The notes: generated by a model from the sequence alone, not told the origin. Shown: positions 18,623 through 26,866, counted from the first letter of the stretch. The stretch is 32,000 nt of DNA from Mycobacterium sp. Aquia_213 (GCF_026625985.1 NZ_CP113116.1:3651073-3683072); one strand, 5' to 3'. Translations and numbers: made by a program.

Positions 18623-18631
18623 GCTGACCCC

Positions 18632-19255
18632 CTAGGGCTGGCCGGGTTTGAGTTTCACGAACAACGCATCGGCTTCGGCCAGCAGCGTGTCGCCGTCGGT
18701 CAACCTGCCCGACACAAAGATTTTGCGGCCGTCGGCCTGGTCGATGCCGGCGTCGAACTGCAGCTCTTTTTCGATCGGCACGATATTGCGGTAGTTGATC
18801 TTCAGGTAAGCGGTGCGCTGACGGGGGCTGCCGGTGAGCACCGACGCGGTCAGGCCGAGCACGGTGTCGAACAGCATGCCCAGCGACCCGCCGTGCACGG
18901 CGCCGTTGCGGCCCAGGTGAAACCGCCCGAAGCGGGCCGTGCCCTCGATACGCCCGTCCTCGGTCTTGCGGGACGACAACGGCACGGTGAGGATATTGCC
19001 GCGCACCGGCAGGTCCATCCGCCGGCCCGACGGCGACGCCCATTCGTCGGCGTCGTACGGGCTCAGCAGCGCGGACAGCTTCTCCAGTGTGTCCGCGGCC
19101 TCGCTGATGACCTCGTCGGGCGCGTCGACGGCACGCGCGTGGTCTTGCAACTTGCGCACGGCGTCGATGAACCGGCCGTAGTCGGGCCCGCCCTGAGTCG
19201 TCGGTACGGGTGGATTGAATCCCCCGCCGGGGTGTTTCTGATGCTCGACGGCCAC
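18632..19255 (-). CDS. PaaI-family (hotdog fold) thioesterase
   Basis: The motif NGAVHGGSLGMLFDTVLG is typical of PaaI/4HBT-II thioesterases. The protein is 207 aa with a GTG start. Confidence 0.8.
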   Translation of the reverse strand: MAVEHQKHPGGGFNPPVPTTQGGPDYGRFIDAVRKLQDHARAVDAPDEVISEAADTLEKLSALLSPYDADEWASPSGRRMDLPVRGNILTVPLSSRKTEDGRIEGTARFGRFHLGRNGAVHGGSLGMLFDTVLGLTASVLTGSPRQRTAYLKINYRNIVPIEKELQFDAGIDQADGRKIFVSGRLTDGDTLLAEADALFVKLKPGQP

Positions 19256-19279
19256 CAGAACACCGTATTGGGTGCCCTG

Positions 19280-20182
19280 CTACTGCGCTCCGGCAGCCGC
19301 CAGGGTCTCGAACTCGTCGTCGCTGAGCGTGATCTCGGCGGCGGCCACGTTCTCCTCCAGGTGCGCCACCTTCGACGTGCCCGGAATCGGCAACATCACC
19401 GGCGAGCGCTTCAGCAGCCAGGCCAGGGCCAGCTGCGACGGTGACGCGTGGTGGTCGTCGGCGATCCGTTTCAGCGGGCCGTCGGCAGCGGCCAGCGGCC
19501 CGGCCGCCAGCGGGAAGTACGGGATGAAGCCGACACCCTGTTCGGTCGCGGCGTCGAGTAGCGGTTCGGCCCGGCGGACCGTCAGGTTGTACATGTTCTG
19601 CACCGACACGATCTGGGTGATCGTCTGCGCCTCGTTCAGCTGATCGACGTTGACCTCGGACAGCCCGATGTGGCGGATCTTGCCCTCGTCCTTCAGCTTG
19701 GCCAGCTCGCCCACCTGGTCGGCCAGCGGCCACTTGGGGTCCACCCGGTGCAGCTGCAACAGGTCGATGGTCTCCACACCCAGGCGGCGCAGGCTCATCT
19801 CAACTTCCTGCCGCAGGTAGGCCGGGAAACCCATCTCGATCCAGACATCCGGGCCCGTCCGCAAAAAGCCGGCCTTGGTCGCGATCACCAGGTCGTCGTA
19901 GGGATACAGCGCCTCGCGGATGATCTCCTCGGAGATGTAGGGGCCGTAGGAGTCCGCGGTGTCGAAGAGGTCCACGCCCAGCTCGACGGCGCGGCGCAAC
20001 ACCCGGATGCATTCGTCGCGATCGGCGGGTGGGCCCCAGACGCCCTTACCGACGATGCGCATCGCCCCGAACCCGAGGCGGTTGACGGTCAAATCGCCGC
20101 CGAAAGTGAACGTTCCGGACGCTTCGGCAACAGTTTTCGAGTTTTGTGCAGTCACGCATCCGACCGTACGCTCCAAGCGCAT
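19280..20182 (-). CDS. Aldo/keto reductase
   Basis: VNRLGFGAMRI...DLFDTADSYGP...ATKAG...DLLQLHRVD...IRHIGLSEV...IPGTSKVAHLEEN is the AKR signature. The start is ambiguous: ATG 20182 (given) or GTG 20155. Confidence 0.88.
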   Translation of the reverse strand: MRLERTVGCVTAQNSKTVAEASGTFTFGGDLTVNRLGFGAMRIVGKGVWGPPADRDECIRVLRRAVELGVDLFDTADSYGPYISEEIIREALYPYDDLVIATKAGFLRTGPDVWIEMGFPAYLRQEVEMSLRRLGVETIDLLQLHRVDPKWPLADQVGELAKLKDEGKIRHIGLSEVNVDQLNEAQTITQIVSVQNMYNLTVRRAEPLLDAATEQGVGFIPYFPLAAGPLAAADGPLKRIADDHHASPSQLALAWLLKRSPVMLPIPGTSKVAHLEENVAAAEITLSDDEFETLAAAGAQ

Positions 20183-20200
20183 TCGCGCATTCGCGCATCC
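20177..20200. repeat. Tandem octamer x3 (GCGCATTC GCGCATTC GCGCATCC)
   Basis: Read directly from the sequence. It lies at the 5' end or upstream of the AKR gene, in the divergent region shared with the DUF1990-like gene. Confidence 0.8.
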
Positions 20201-20220
20201 CGGCGTGGCAAGCTGGCCGG

Positions 20221-20721
20221 GTGGACCTTGCAGCACTCGAGGAACTACCGCTGACATACCGGGAGGTCGGTGCGACCGCGTCGGGTGAGCAGCCCGCCGG
20301 ATATCACCATCAACACGTCGAGCGTCAGATCGGCACCGGCAGACCGCGATTCGAGCAGGCCGCCGACGCCGTACTGCACTGGGGCATGCAGCGCGGGTCC
20401 GGCCTACGCGTACAGGCCAGCTCCGAGGTCGTCGTGCTCGACGCGGTGGTCGTGGTGCGGCTAGGTTTTCTGCCGGCGCCGTGCCGAGTCGTCTACCTGG
20501 TCGACGAGCCCGACCTCCGCGGGTTCGGCTACGGCACCCTGCCCGGCCACCCGGAGTGCGGCGAGGAACGCTTCGTGGTGCGCCGGGACCCGGCGACCGA
20601 CGCGGTGTTCGCCGAGGTGTCGGCGTTCTCCCGGCCCGCGACGTGGTGGAGCAAGGCCGGCGGACCGGTGGTGAAGATCGGCCAGCGCGTCATCGCCAAG
20701 CGCTACCTGCGTGCGGTCTGA
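20221..20721 (+). CDS. DUF1990-like conserved protein (166 aa)
   Basis: The start is VDLAALEELPLTYREVGAT at GTG 20221. The pattern HWGMQRGSGL...GFGYGTLPGHPE.GEERF is what I recall for DUF1990. Confidence 0.72.
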   Translation: MDLAALEELPLTYREVGATASGEQPAGYHHQHVERQIGTGRPRFEQAADAVLHWGMQRGSGLRVQASSEVVVLDAVVVVRLGFLPAPCRVVYLVDEPDLRGFGYGTLPGHPECGEERFVVRRDPATDAVFAEVSAFSRPATWWSKAGGPVVKIGQRVIAKRYLRAV

Positions 20722-20724
20722 CCG

Positions 20725-21666
20725 CTACGCCCCCCAGCCGGCCAGCAGCCGGCGCGCGCCGGTGCACATCGCGTCGATGACCTCGGCGACCGACGCGTCG
20801 TCGCGGATCATGCCGACGCCCTGACCGGCGTCGACCGGGGCGATGCTGCGGTCGTCGGCGTCGATCGCGGCGGCCAGCTCGTCACAGGCCGGCGCATCGA
20901 GCGTGTCCTCCTTACCGGTCCACCGTGCGACGAAGTCATTGCTCAGCACGCGCGACGGGAATCGCGCCGGCCACGGCAGGCCCTTGGCGACATCGAACGC
21001 CCGGGTGACCGCGGTGTCGGTCGACCGGGCCGCGATCAGCGCCTCGCGGCTGCCATCGCCGGTCAGCGCCTCCGGACACGCCGCCAGGCGCGTGCCCACC
21101 CAGGCGCCGCTGGCCCCGGCGGCCAGCACCGCGGCCAGGCTGCGCGCCGAGGCGATACCGCCACCGGCGAGCACGGGCACCGACACGGCGTCCAACACGT
21201 CGTCGAGCAACGGCAGCGTGCCGAGCTTGGTATCGCCGTGCCCGCCGCCCTCGGAACCGCGCGCGACCAAGATGTCGATGCCCGCGTCCACCGCCTGACG
21301 GGCGCCGAGTGAGTCGTAAACCTGTGTGACAGTGGCGATTCCGGCGTTGTGCGCGTGAGCGACCCACGACCAGTCGGTGCCGAAGCTGACCGACAGCAGG
21401 ACGGGCCGCGCCGCCAGGGCGTCATCGAGCAGGCCCGCCTCGGTGCGCATCACCCAGTCCACCAGGCCGATTCCGAACGTGCCGTCGACGTGTTGCAACT
21501 GGGCCGCCAGCAGCTCCCTGGTCGCGACGCTGCCCATGCCGACCATGCCCAGACCACCGGCGGCGCTGACCGCCGCGGCCAGCCGGCCACCCGCGACGCC
21601 GCCCATCGGGGCGTTGACGATGGGCACCCGCAGGCCGAGCTGCGTTGACCAGGGCGTGGACAACAT
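20725..21666 (-). CDS. Nitronate monooxygenase (NMO / 2-nitropropane dioxygenase family, FMN TIM barrel)
   Basis: PIVNAPMGGVAGGRLAAAVSAAGGLGMVG...ARGSEGGGHG...VLAGGGIA is the NMO family signature. Confidence 0.9.
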   Translation of the reverse strand: MLSTPWSTQLGLRVPIVNAPMGGVAGGRLAAAVSAAGGLGMVGMGSVATRELLAAQLQHVDGTFGIGLVDWVMRTEAGLLDDALAARPVLLSVSFGTDWSWVAHAHNAGIATVTQVYDSLGARQAVDAGIDILVARGSEGGGHGDTKLGTLPLLDDVLDAVSVPVLAGGGIASARSLAAVLAAGASGAWVGTRLAACPEALTGDGSREALIAARSTDTAVTRAFDVAKGLPWPARFPSRVLSNDFVARWTGKEDTLDAPACDELAAAIDADDRSIAPVDAGQGVGMIRDDASVAEVIDAMCTGARRLLAGWGA

Positions 21667-21671
21667 GTCAG

Positions 21672-22019
21672 CTAGTGCGCCGCACCGGGCTGGCTTTTCA
21701 GCACGGTCAGCATCACCACCGAATCCTGCACCGCGTGCAGGGCATGGCGCCGCGGCGGAATCGCGATATGGTCGCCGGTTTTGCCGTCCCAGGAGTCCTC
21801 GCCGGCCGTCAGGCGCACGTGACCCTGCAGCACCTGCAACGTCGCCTCGCCGGGGCTGTCGTGTTCGGACAGGTCGTGGTCGGCGAGCAAGGCGAGCACG
21901 GTCTGCCGGAGTTCGTGGTCGTGGCCGCCGTGGATGGTGTGTGCGGCCCGTCCGCTGTGCGACTGCCGGGCTTCGGCCAGTTTTTCGGTGGCCAGGCTGG
22001 TCAGTGAGATCGATTCCAT
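21672..22019 (-). CDS. Cupin domain protein (115 aa)
   Basis: It has the size and beta-strand pattern of a cupin, with His-rich sites (HTIHGGHDHE, LQGHVRL). An AAGGGGA SD precedes it, and it ends 5 nt upstream of the NMO gene. Confidence 0.7.
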   Translation of the reverse strand: MESISLTSLATEKLAEARQSHSGRAAHTIHGGHDHELRQTVLALLADHDLSEHDSPGEATLQVLQGHVRLTAGEDSWDGKTGDHIAIPPRRHALHAVQDSVVMLTVLKSQPGAAH

Positions 22020-22059
22020 TGGTGCGTCCCCTTGGTGTGACGGTGGGCTATCCGTGGTT

Positions 22060-22485
22060 TCAAGCGGTCAATAGGAGTATCCCCGCCACGATCAACGCCA
22101 CGACCTTGACCACCTCTAAACCGACGTAGGCGTAGTGGGCGCGGGACCGGGGCGCATCCAGCCCGGCGAGCACTTGGTCCGAGCGTTGGGTCAGCTTGGG
22201 GCGCACGGCGATCAACTGGATCGCCAGCATGGCGTACGCGACGGCAAACGCGACGCCGATCCGCATCGGCATCGGGCCGTCCACCACGACCGCCAGGGTG
22301 ACGATGGCGAACGCGACCTCGACGGTGTTGAGCGCGCGAAAGACCAGGCGTCCGATACCGAGCCCGATCTGCAACGTGACGTTCGGCGCCCGGAATTTCA
22401 GCGGTGCTTCCAGGAACGAGATCGCCAGCACCATGCCGAGCCAGACGAAGGTGACCGCCACGGCGACTGCCATTTCGGTGCTCAC
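22060..22485 (-). CDS. Small 4-TM membrane protein (DUF4149/TMEM205-like, 141 aa)
   Basis: The GTG at 22485 lies 7 nt after a perfect AGGAGG. Four hydrophobic helices are visible. The longer track ORF overlaps the upstream regulator out of frame. Confidence 0.7.
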   Translation of the reverse strand: MSTEMAVAVAVTFVWLGMVLAISFLEAPLKFRAPNVTLQIGLGIGRLVFRALNTVEVAFAIVTLAVVVDGPMPMRIGVAFAVAYAMLAIQLIAVRPKLTQRSDQVLAGLDAPRSRAHYAYVGLEVVKVVALIVAGILLLTA

Positions 22486-22487
22486 AG

Positions 22488-23159
22488 CTAGGCCTCCTGC
22501 AACTCGAGATGTGCGATACACAGATCGGGTTCGACGAACGCGTCGAGACGCTCGACGGCGACCGGGGCACCCCAGGTTTCCAGGGCGCCCTGCATGAGCC
22601 CAAGGTGCACGGGACAGACGACGGCAGTGCGGTTTTCGGCGAGCTCCAGGAACGGGCAGTGCCGCAGGCCGACCTGTTGCTCCCCGTCTGCTCGCCGGCG
22701 CTCCGGTGCGAAGCCAAGCTGATCGAGCACGTCGACCAGGTGGCCGATGGCCTTGTCCGGGCTCGGCGCATCCGCCGACGATCCCGCACCCCAATCCAGC
22801 TGGCGCCCCCACGCCCGCCCGGCGGCCAGCGCCTTGGCGGCGGGATCCGTATCGGACGCGAACGCCATCGTCAGAATCTCGGCCAGCAACCGGTAGTGCC
22901 GCGTGCCGCCGCGATCCATCTGCCGGACCGCCCGGAACATCAGGGGCGGACGCCCCGGACCCTTGCGGCCCGGCTCAACCCGTTCCACCCGGTCGTCGCC
23001 GACCAGGCTGTCGAGGTGGAAGCGAACGGTGTTGGGATGCACGCCCAGCACGTCGGCGATCGCGACGATGGTCATCGGCTCCCGGGACGTTCGCAGTATC
23101 CGCAGTACCTCACGACGGCGACTCGCGGACTCCCCCGTTGACGTGGCGATGCTTCTCAC
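22488..23159 (-). CDS. Winged-HTH (ArsR-like) transcriptional regulator with a C-terminal Cys/His domain
   Basis: The N-terminus RREVLRILRTSREPMTIVAIADVLGVHPNTVRFHLDSLV is an ArsR-type wHTH. The C-terminus has LRHCPFLELA...VVCPVHLGLMQG. The GTG start overlaps the fdxA stop (GTGA). Confidence 0.85.
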   Translation of the reverse strand: MRSIATSTGESASRRREVLRILRTSREPMTIVAIADVLGVHPNTVRFHLDSLVGDDRVERVEPGRKGPGRPPLMFRAVRQMDRGGTRHYRLLAEILTMAFASDTDPAAKALAAGRAWGRQLDWGAGSSADAPSPDKAIGHLVDVLDQLGFAPERRRADGEQQVGLRHCPFLELAENRTAVVCPVHLGLMQGALETWGAPVAVERLDAFVEPDLCIAHLELQEA

Positions 23160-23512
23160 GCTCCTTCGGAAACGTCGGCTTTCGGCTCGGCGGCGACCAG
23201 CGGCGCATCGACGCCGAGTGCACCCAGCTTCGCCGCTCCGCCCGGTGACCCCAGCGGGGCGTCGCGCCCCGGCAGGGTTTCGGAGAAAAACGCCTCATTG
23301 TCGGCCAGGTGCGGCTGCAGCGCGTCGGGCAGGTCGTCCTCGTAGTAGATCGCCTCGACCGGGCATACCGGCTCGCAGGCGCCGCAGTCCACGCATTCGT
23401 CGGGATGGATGTACAGCGCCCGGGCACCCTCGTAGATGCAATCCACCGGGCATTCGTCCACACATGCCCGATCCATCACATCGATGCAGGGCTTTCCGAT
23501 AACGTACGTCAT
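23156..23512 (-). CDS. fdxA: 7Fe ferredoxin FdxA ([3Fe-4S][4Fe-4S])
   Basis: MTYVIGKPCIDVMDRACVDECPVDCIYEG...HPDECVDCGACEPVCPVEAIY is close to Mtb FdxA (Rv2007c) as I recall it. Confidence 0.93.
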   Translation of the reverse strand: MTYVIGKPCIDVMDRACVDECPVDCIYEGARALYIHPDECVDCGACEPVCPVEAIYYEDDLPDALQPHLADNEAFFSETLPGRDAPLGSPGGAAKLGALGVDAPLVAAEPKADVSEGA

Positions 23513-23519
23513 GCGCTAG

Positions 23520-23541
23520 AGTTTACACAATCACGATTGTG
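23520..23541. promoter_or_regulatory. Perfect inverted repeat CACAATC-AC-GATTGTG (23526..23541) abutting a minus-strand TAAACT -10-like hexamer (23525..23520)
   Basis: Read directly from the sequence. The hexamer fits mycobacterial TANNNT and ends 7 nt before the fdxA ATG. The whole fdxA/methyltransferase intergenic region is only 54 nt. Confidence 0.5.
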
Positions 23542-23566
23542 AAAACTAGGAAGGACGGGAAAGGCC

Positions 23567-24361
23567 ATGGCTCCCATGTCAAGTCGCGCCGACGACAGCG
23601 TTGCGGGCCACTGGCTGCTGGCGCGGCTGGGGAAACGCGTCCTTCGCCCCGGCGGCGTCGGGCTCACCCGCACGATGCTGGCCGGCGCCGAGGTGACCGA
23701 CGCCGATGTGCTCGAGCTGGCGCCGGGCCTCGGCCGCACCGCCGCCGAGATCCTCGCCCGGACGCCCCGGTCGTACGTGGGCGCCGAACAGGACCCCGAG
23801 GCGGCCGAGACGGTTCGTGGCGTGATCGCCGGGGCCGGGTCCGGGACGGTCCGGGTCGCCGATGCCGCGGACACAGGATTACCCGACGCCAGTCGCGACG
23901 TCGTGATCGGCGAGGCGATGCTGACGATGCAGGGCGATGCCACCAAACACGCCATCGTCGCCGAGGCCGCGCGCGTGCTGCGTCCCGGCGGCCGCTACGC
24001 GATCCACGAACTCGCACTGACCCCCGACAACGTCTCCGAGGAGATCAGCACGGAGATCCGCCAGTCGCTTGCCCGCGCGATCAAGGTGAACGCGCGGCCG
24101 CTGACCATCGCCGAATGGTCAGGGTTGTTGTCGGATCACGGCCTGGTCATCGACCGCGTCGTGACCGCGCCGATGGCGCTGTTGCAACCGCGGCGGATCA
24201 TCGCCGACGAGGGGCTTTTCGGCGCGCTGCGGTTTGCCAGAAACCTGCTCCTCAATCCGGACGCCCGCAACCGGGTGCTGACGATGCGCGCCACGTTCCG
24301 CGAGCATCGCGAGCGACTGACCGCTGTCGCGATTGTCGCCCGCAAGCCGGACGACGAGTAA
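23567..24361 (+). CDS. Class I SAM-dependent methyltransferase
   Basis: VLELAPGLGRTA (motif I, GxGxG-like), an acidic loop VGAEQD, and RVLRPGGRYAIHE (motif post-II). A GGAAGGA SD lies upstream of the ATG. Confidence 0.85.
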   Translation: MAPMSSRADDSVAGHWLLARLGKRVLRPGGVGLTRTMLAGAEVTDADVLELAPGLGRTAAEILARTPRSYVGAEQDPEAAETVRGVIAGAGSGTVRVADAADTGLPDASRDVVIGEAMLTMQGDATKHAIVAEAARVLRPGGRYAIHELALTPDNVSEEISTEIRQSLARAIKVNARPLTIAEWSGLLSDHGLVIDRVVTAPMALLQPRRIIADEGLFGALRFARNLLLNPDARNRVLTMRATFREHRERLTAVAIVARKPDDE

Positions 24362-24476
24362 GGTCGATTGCTGCGGACGCCGCATTCGACGCCGGCGTTG
24401 AACTTAATCGACATTATCGTTGGTTTTAATCAGCAATTTCCCTGGCATATATCCATGTACCCCTAGGGTATGTGCC

Positions 24477-25196
24477 GTGTCCGACCCCTCGGCGTACACC
24501 GGGTACGCGCATGCCTCGCGCGGCCGTCGTTCGTCGCCTCACTCGGGTGACGACCGGGAGAAGGCGATTCTGGCCACCGCCGAGCGGCTCTTGGAAGAAC
24601 GGCCGCTCGCCGATTTCTCCGTCGACGATCTGGCGAAAGGCGCGGGCATCTCCCGGCCCACCTTCTACTTCTATTTCCAGTCGAAAAACGCGGTGCTGCT
24701 GTCGTTGCTGGACCAGATGAACACCAAAGCGCACGCAGCCCTCAAATCGCTGCGCGCCAAGCTGTCCGGCGACCCGGCGACGCTGTGGCGCGACCGCATC
24801 GAGGCGTTCTTTGAGGTCTCGGGATCGCACCGCGCGGTTGCCGTGGCCGGTGCGGCGGCCAAATCCACCAACCCCGAGGTCCGCCAGCTGTGGTCGGCGC
24901 TGATGCAGAAGTGGATCTCGTTCACCACCACCGCGATCAAGGCCGAACGTGAGCGCGGCGCGGCGCCGGACACCATCTCGGCCGAGGATCTGTCCATCGC
25001 GCTGAACATGTTGAGCGAGCGGGTGATGGCCGCGACGTTCACCACCGAGGAGCCGGCGATCCGCGAGGATCGGGTGATCGACACGCTGGTGCACATCTGG
25101 CTGGCCAGCATCTACGAGGACGGCGTCGCCTCCGCCGGGCTGGCCCTACGGGGTACCGCGGCTTCGCTTGCCGAGTACCCGCTCGGCGCGACCTAG
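24477..25196 (+). CDS. TetR family regulator, EthR-like
   Basis: GDDREKAILATAERLLEERPLADFSVDDLAKGAGISRPTFYFYFQSKNAVLLSLLD and ...DTLVHIWLASIYE align closely with Mtb EthR (Rv3855) as I remember it. GTG start at 24477. It carries a 23-aa C-terminal tail beyond the EthR end. Confidence 0.88.
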   Translation: MSDPSAYTGYAHASRGRRSSPHSGDDREKAILATAERLLEERPLADFSVDDLAKGAGISRPTFYFYFQSKNAVLLSLLDQMNTKAHAALKSLRAKLSGDPATLWRDRIEAFFEVSGSHRAVAVAGAAAKSTNPEVRQLWSALMQKWISFTTTAIKAERERGAAPDTISAEDLSIALNMLSERVMAATFTTEEPAIREDRVIDTLVHIWLASIYEDGVASAGLALRGTAASLAEYPLGAT

Positions 25197-26387
25197 GGTC
25201 TCGTCGATCAACCGGTCGACGGCGCCGAAATAGGTTGACGACGGCGGCTTCCCGGCCAAGTCGGCGATTGCCCGCTGTTCACCGAGAACGTCTGCCGCAC
25301 CGAGGTTCTCGGCCATCCGCGCGGCATGCACCCGCAGCCCGGCCAGCAGCTCGCCGCACTGGGAGCCCGCGATCACGGTCCGCCGGGCCAGGGTCCGCAG
25401 CGTGTCCCATTCGGCATGCCAGGCGCCATCGGGGCGTTCGTCAATGGCCAGCGCCGCCGCGGTGTGCAGGGTCGCCGCCAACTGCGGTGCGGATAGCGCG
25501 GCCCGCCGAATCAAGATGGACAGCACCGGATTACGCTTGTGCGGCATCGACGACGACCCGCCGCGCCGTTCGGCGGCCGGCTCGCTCAGCTCGCCGATCT
25601 CCGGTCGAACCAGAATGACCACGTCCGAGGCGATCCGGCCCCAGCTATCGGTGCACCCGAGCAAGGCATCCGCCGCCGCGGTGACCGGCGCCCGGGCGGT
25701 ATGCCATGGCGCTCTGGCGCCTAGGCCCAAAGCGGCTGCCGCACTGCGCATTGCCCGCTCCGCAACCTCCGCCGGATCGCCCGCGCCGGTGCGCAACGCC
25801 GCGAGTTCCGTCGTGGCCGACCAGGTTCCGACCGCACCGCCGACCTGGACCGGGGTGGACAGACCGGAAAGCCGTTCATACGCGTCGACGACACCGTTGC
25901 ACCATCCGGCCGCCTTGGCGCCGAAGGTGGTGGGCGCGGCGTGTTGGGTGAGCGTGCGGGCCACCATCGGGGTGCCCCGATGCGCGTTCGCGAGGACGGC
26001 CAGTGTTGAAACCTGTTCGCGCAGCTGTGTTCCCAGCTCGTCCGCGACGGCGCGTACTCCCAGCATCAGCGCGGTGTCCACGACGTCCTGGCTGGTGAGC
26101 CCGCGGTGGATCCACGGGCCGACACCGGGCTTGGCACGCTGGCGCAGCAACTCGACCAAACCGACGATCGGGTTGCCGGTGTTCTCGGCGGCGACCGCGA
26201 GCGCCGCCACGTCCTCGTCGTCCACCAAGTGCGACAGGTCGGCATTTTCAGCGTCGGCGGGCGCCAGGCCGGCGGCGGCTAAGGCACTCAGCCAGGCGGA
26301 TTCCACCGCCACCATCGACCGCAGCAGCGCCCGATCGGTCATGTGCTCGCCGGCGCGGTGATCTCCCGGCCACAACAGATTGGTCAT
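25146..26387 (-). CDS. pcaB: 3-carboxy-cis,cis-muconate cycloisomerase
   Basis: Fumarate-lyase superfamily signature GSSSMPHKRNP together with TSQDVVDT, in a pcaHG-adjacent context. The ATG at 26387 overlaps the pcaG stop (ATGA). Confidence 0.9.
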   Translation of the reverse strand: MTNLLWPGDHRAGEHMTDRALLRSMVAVESAWLSALAAAGLAPADAENADLSHLVDDEDVAALAVAAENTGNPIVGLVELLRQRAKPGVGPWIHRGLTSQDVVDTALMLGVRAVADELGTQLREQVSTLAVLANAHRGTPMVARTLTQHAAPTTFGAKAAGWCNGVVDAYERLSGLSTPVQVGGAVGTWSATTELAALRTGAGDPAEVAERAMRSAAAALGLGARAPWHTARAPVTAAADALLGCTDSWGRIASDVVILVRPEIGELSEPAAERRGGSSSMPHKRNPVLSILIRRAALSAPQLAATLHTAAALAIDERPDGAWHAEWDTLRTLARRTVIAGSQCGELLAGLRVHAARMAENLGAADVLGEQRAIADLAGKPPSSTYFGAVDRLIDETLGRAERVLGKRSRGTP

Positions 26388-26866
26388 CCCCCAGCGCCCC
26401 GATACGCCAGAAACACGGTCTCGCGTGGACCCTGCAAGTGAATGTCGAACCGGTATTCCGCTCGACTTTCGGCGACACACAACAAGGTTGCTCGCCGGTC
26501 GGAATCGACGGCCCGCAACACCGGGTCGGCGGTCAGGTCTGCGCCGGGCAGATACGCGCGAGTGAACAGTCGGTCCAACAATCCGCGAGCGAAGACGGTG
26601 AGGGCGAAGAACGGCGGCCGTCCCGGCGCCACGGTCGTGAAGCTGTAGCGCCCGGCGGCATCCGTTGCGGCCCTGCCCCATCGGGCGTCGGCTTGCCAGA
26701 GTTCGACCACGGCGTCCGGGATCGGCTCGCCGGCCCCGTCTTGGACCGTGCCGTGCAGCCGGATCGCCGCGACGTCCGAATCATCGACCAACACACTGTC
26801 GCAAGGCAACCCGAGGTCGAGGAAGGGTCCGACGGTTTGCCCTGGGGTGCAGGCTAATTCAGTCAT
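26384..26866 (-). CDS. pcaG: Protocatechuate 3,4-dioxygenase alpha subunit (160 aa)
   Basis: TPGQTVGPF...VELWQAD...GRYSFTTVAPG...FARGLL..L.TR.Y...YRFDIHLQG..ETVF is the PcaG pattern. The ATG at 26866 overlaps the pcaH 3' end by 8 nt. Confidence 0.85.
   Translation of the reverse strand: MTELACTPGQTVGPFLDLGLPCDSVLVDDSDVAAIRLHGTVQDGAGEPIPDAVVELWQADARWGRAATDAAGRYSFTTVAPGRPPFFALTVFARGLLDRLFTRAYLPGADLTADPVLRAVDSDRRATLLCVAESRAEYRFDIHLQGPRETVFLAYRGAGG

Noticed and set aside
24376-24398. A hairpin, ACGCCG-(10 nt)-CGGCGT, after the methyltransferase gene, considered as a possible intrinsic terminator.
   Set aside because: It has only a 6-bp stem with a 10-nt loop and no U-tract, which is too weak to call.
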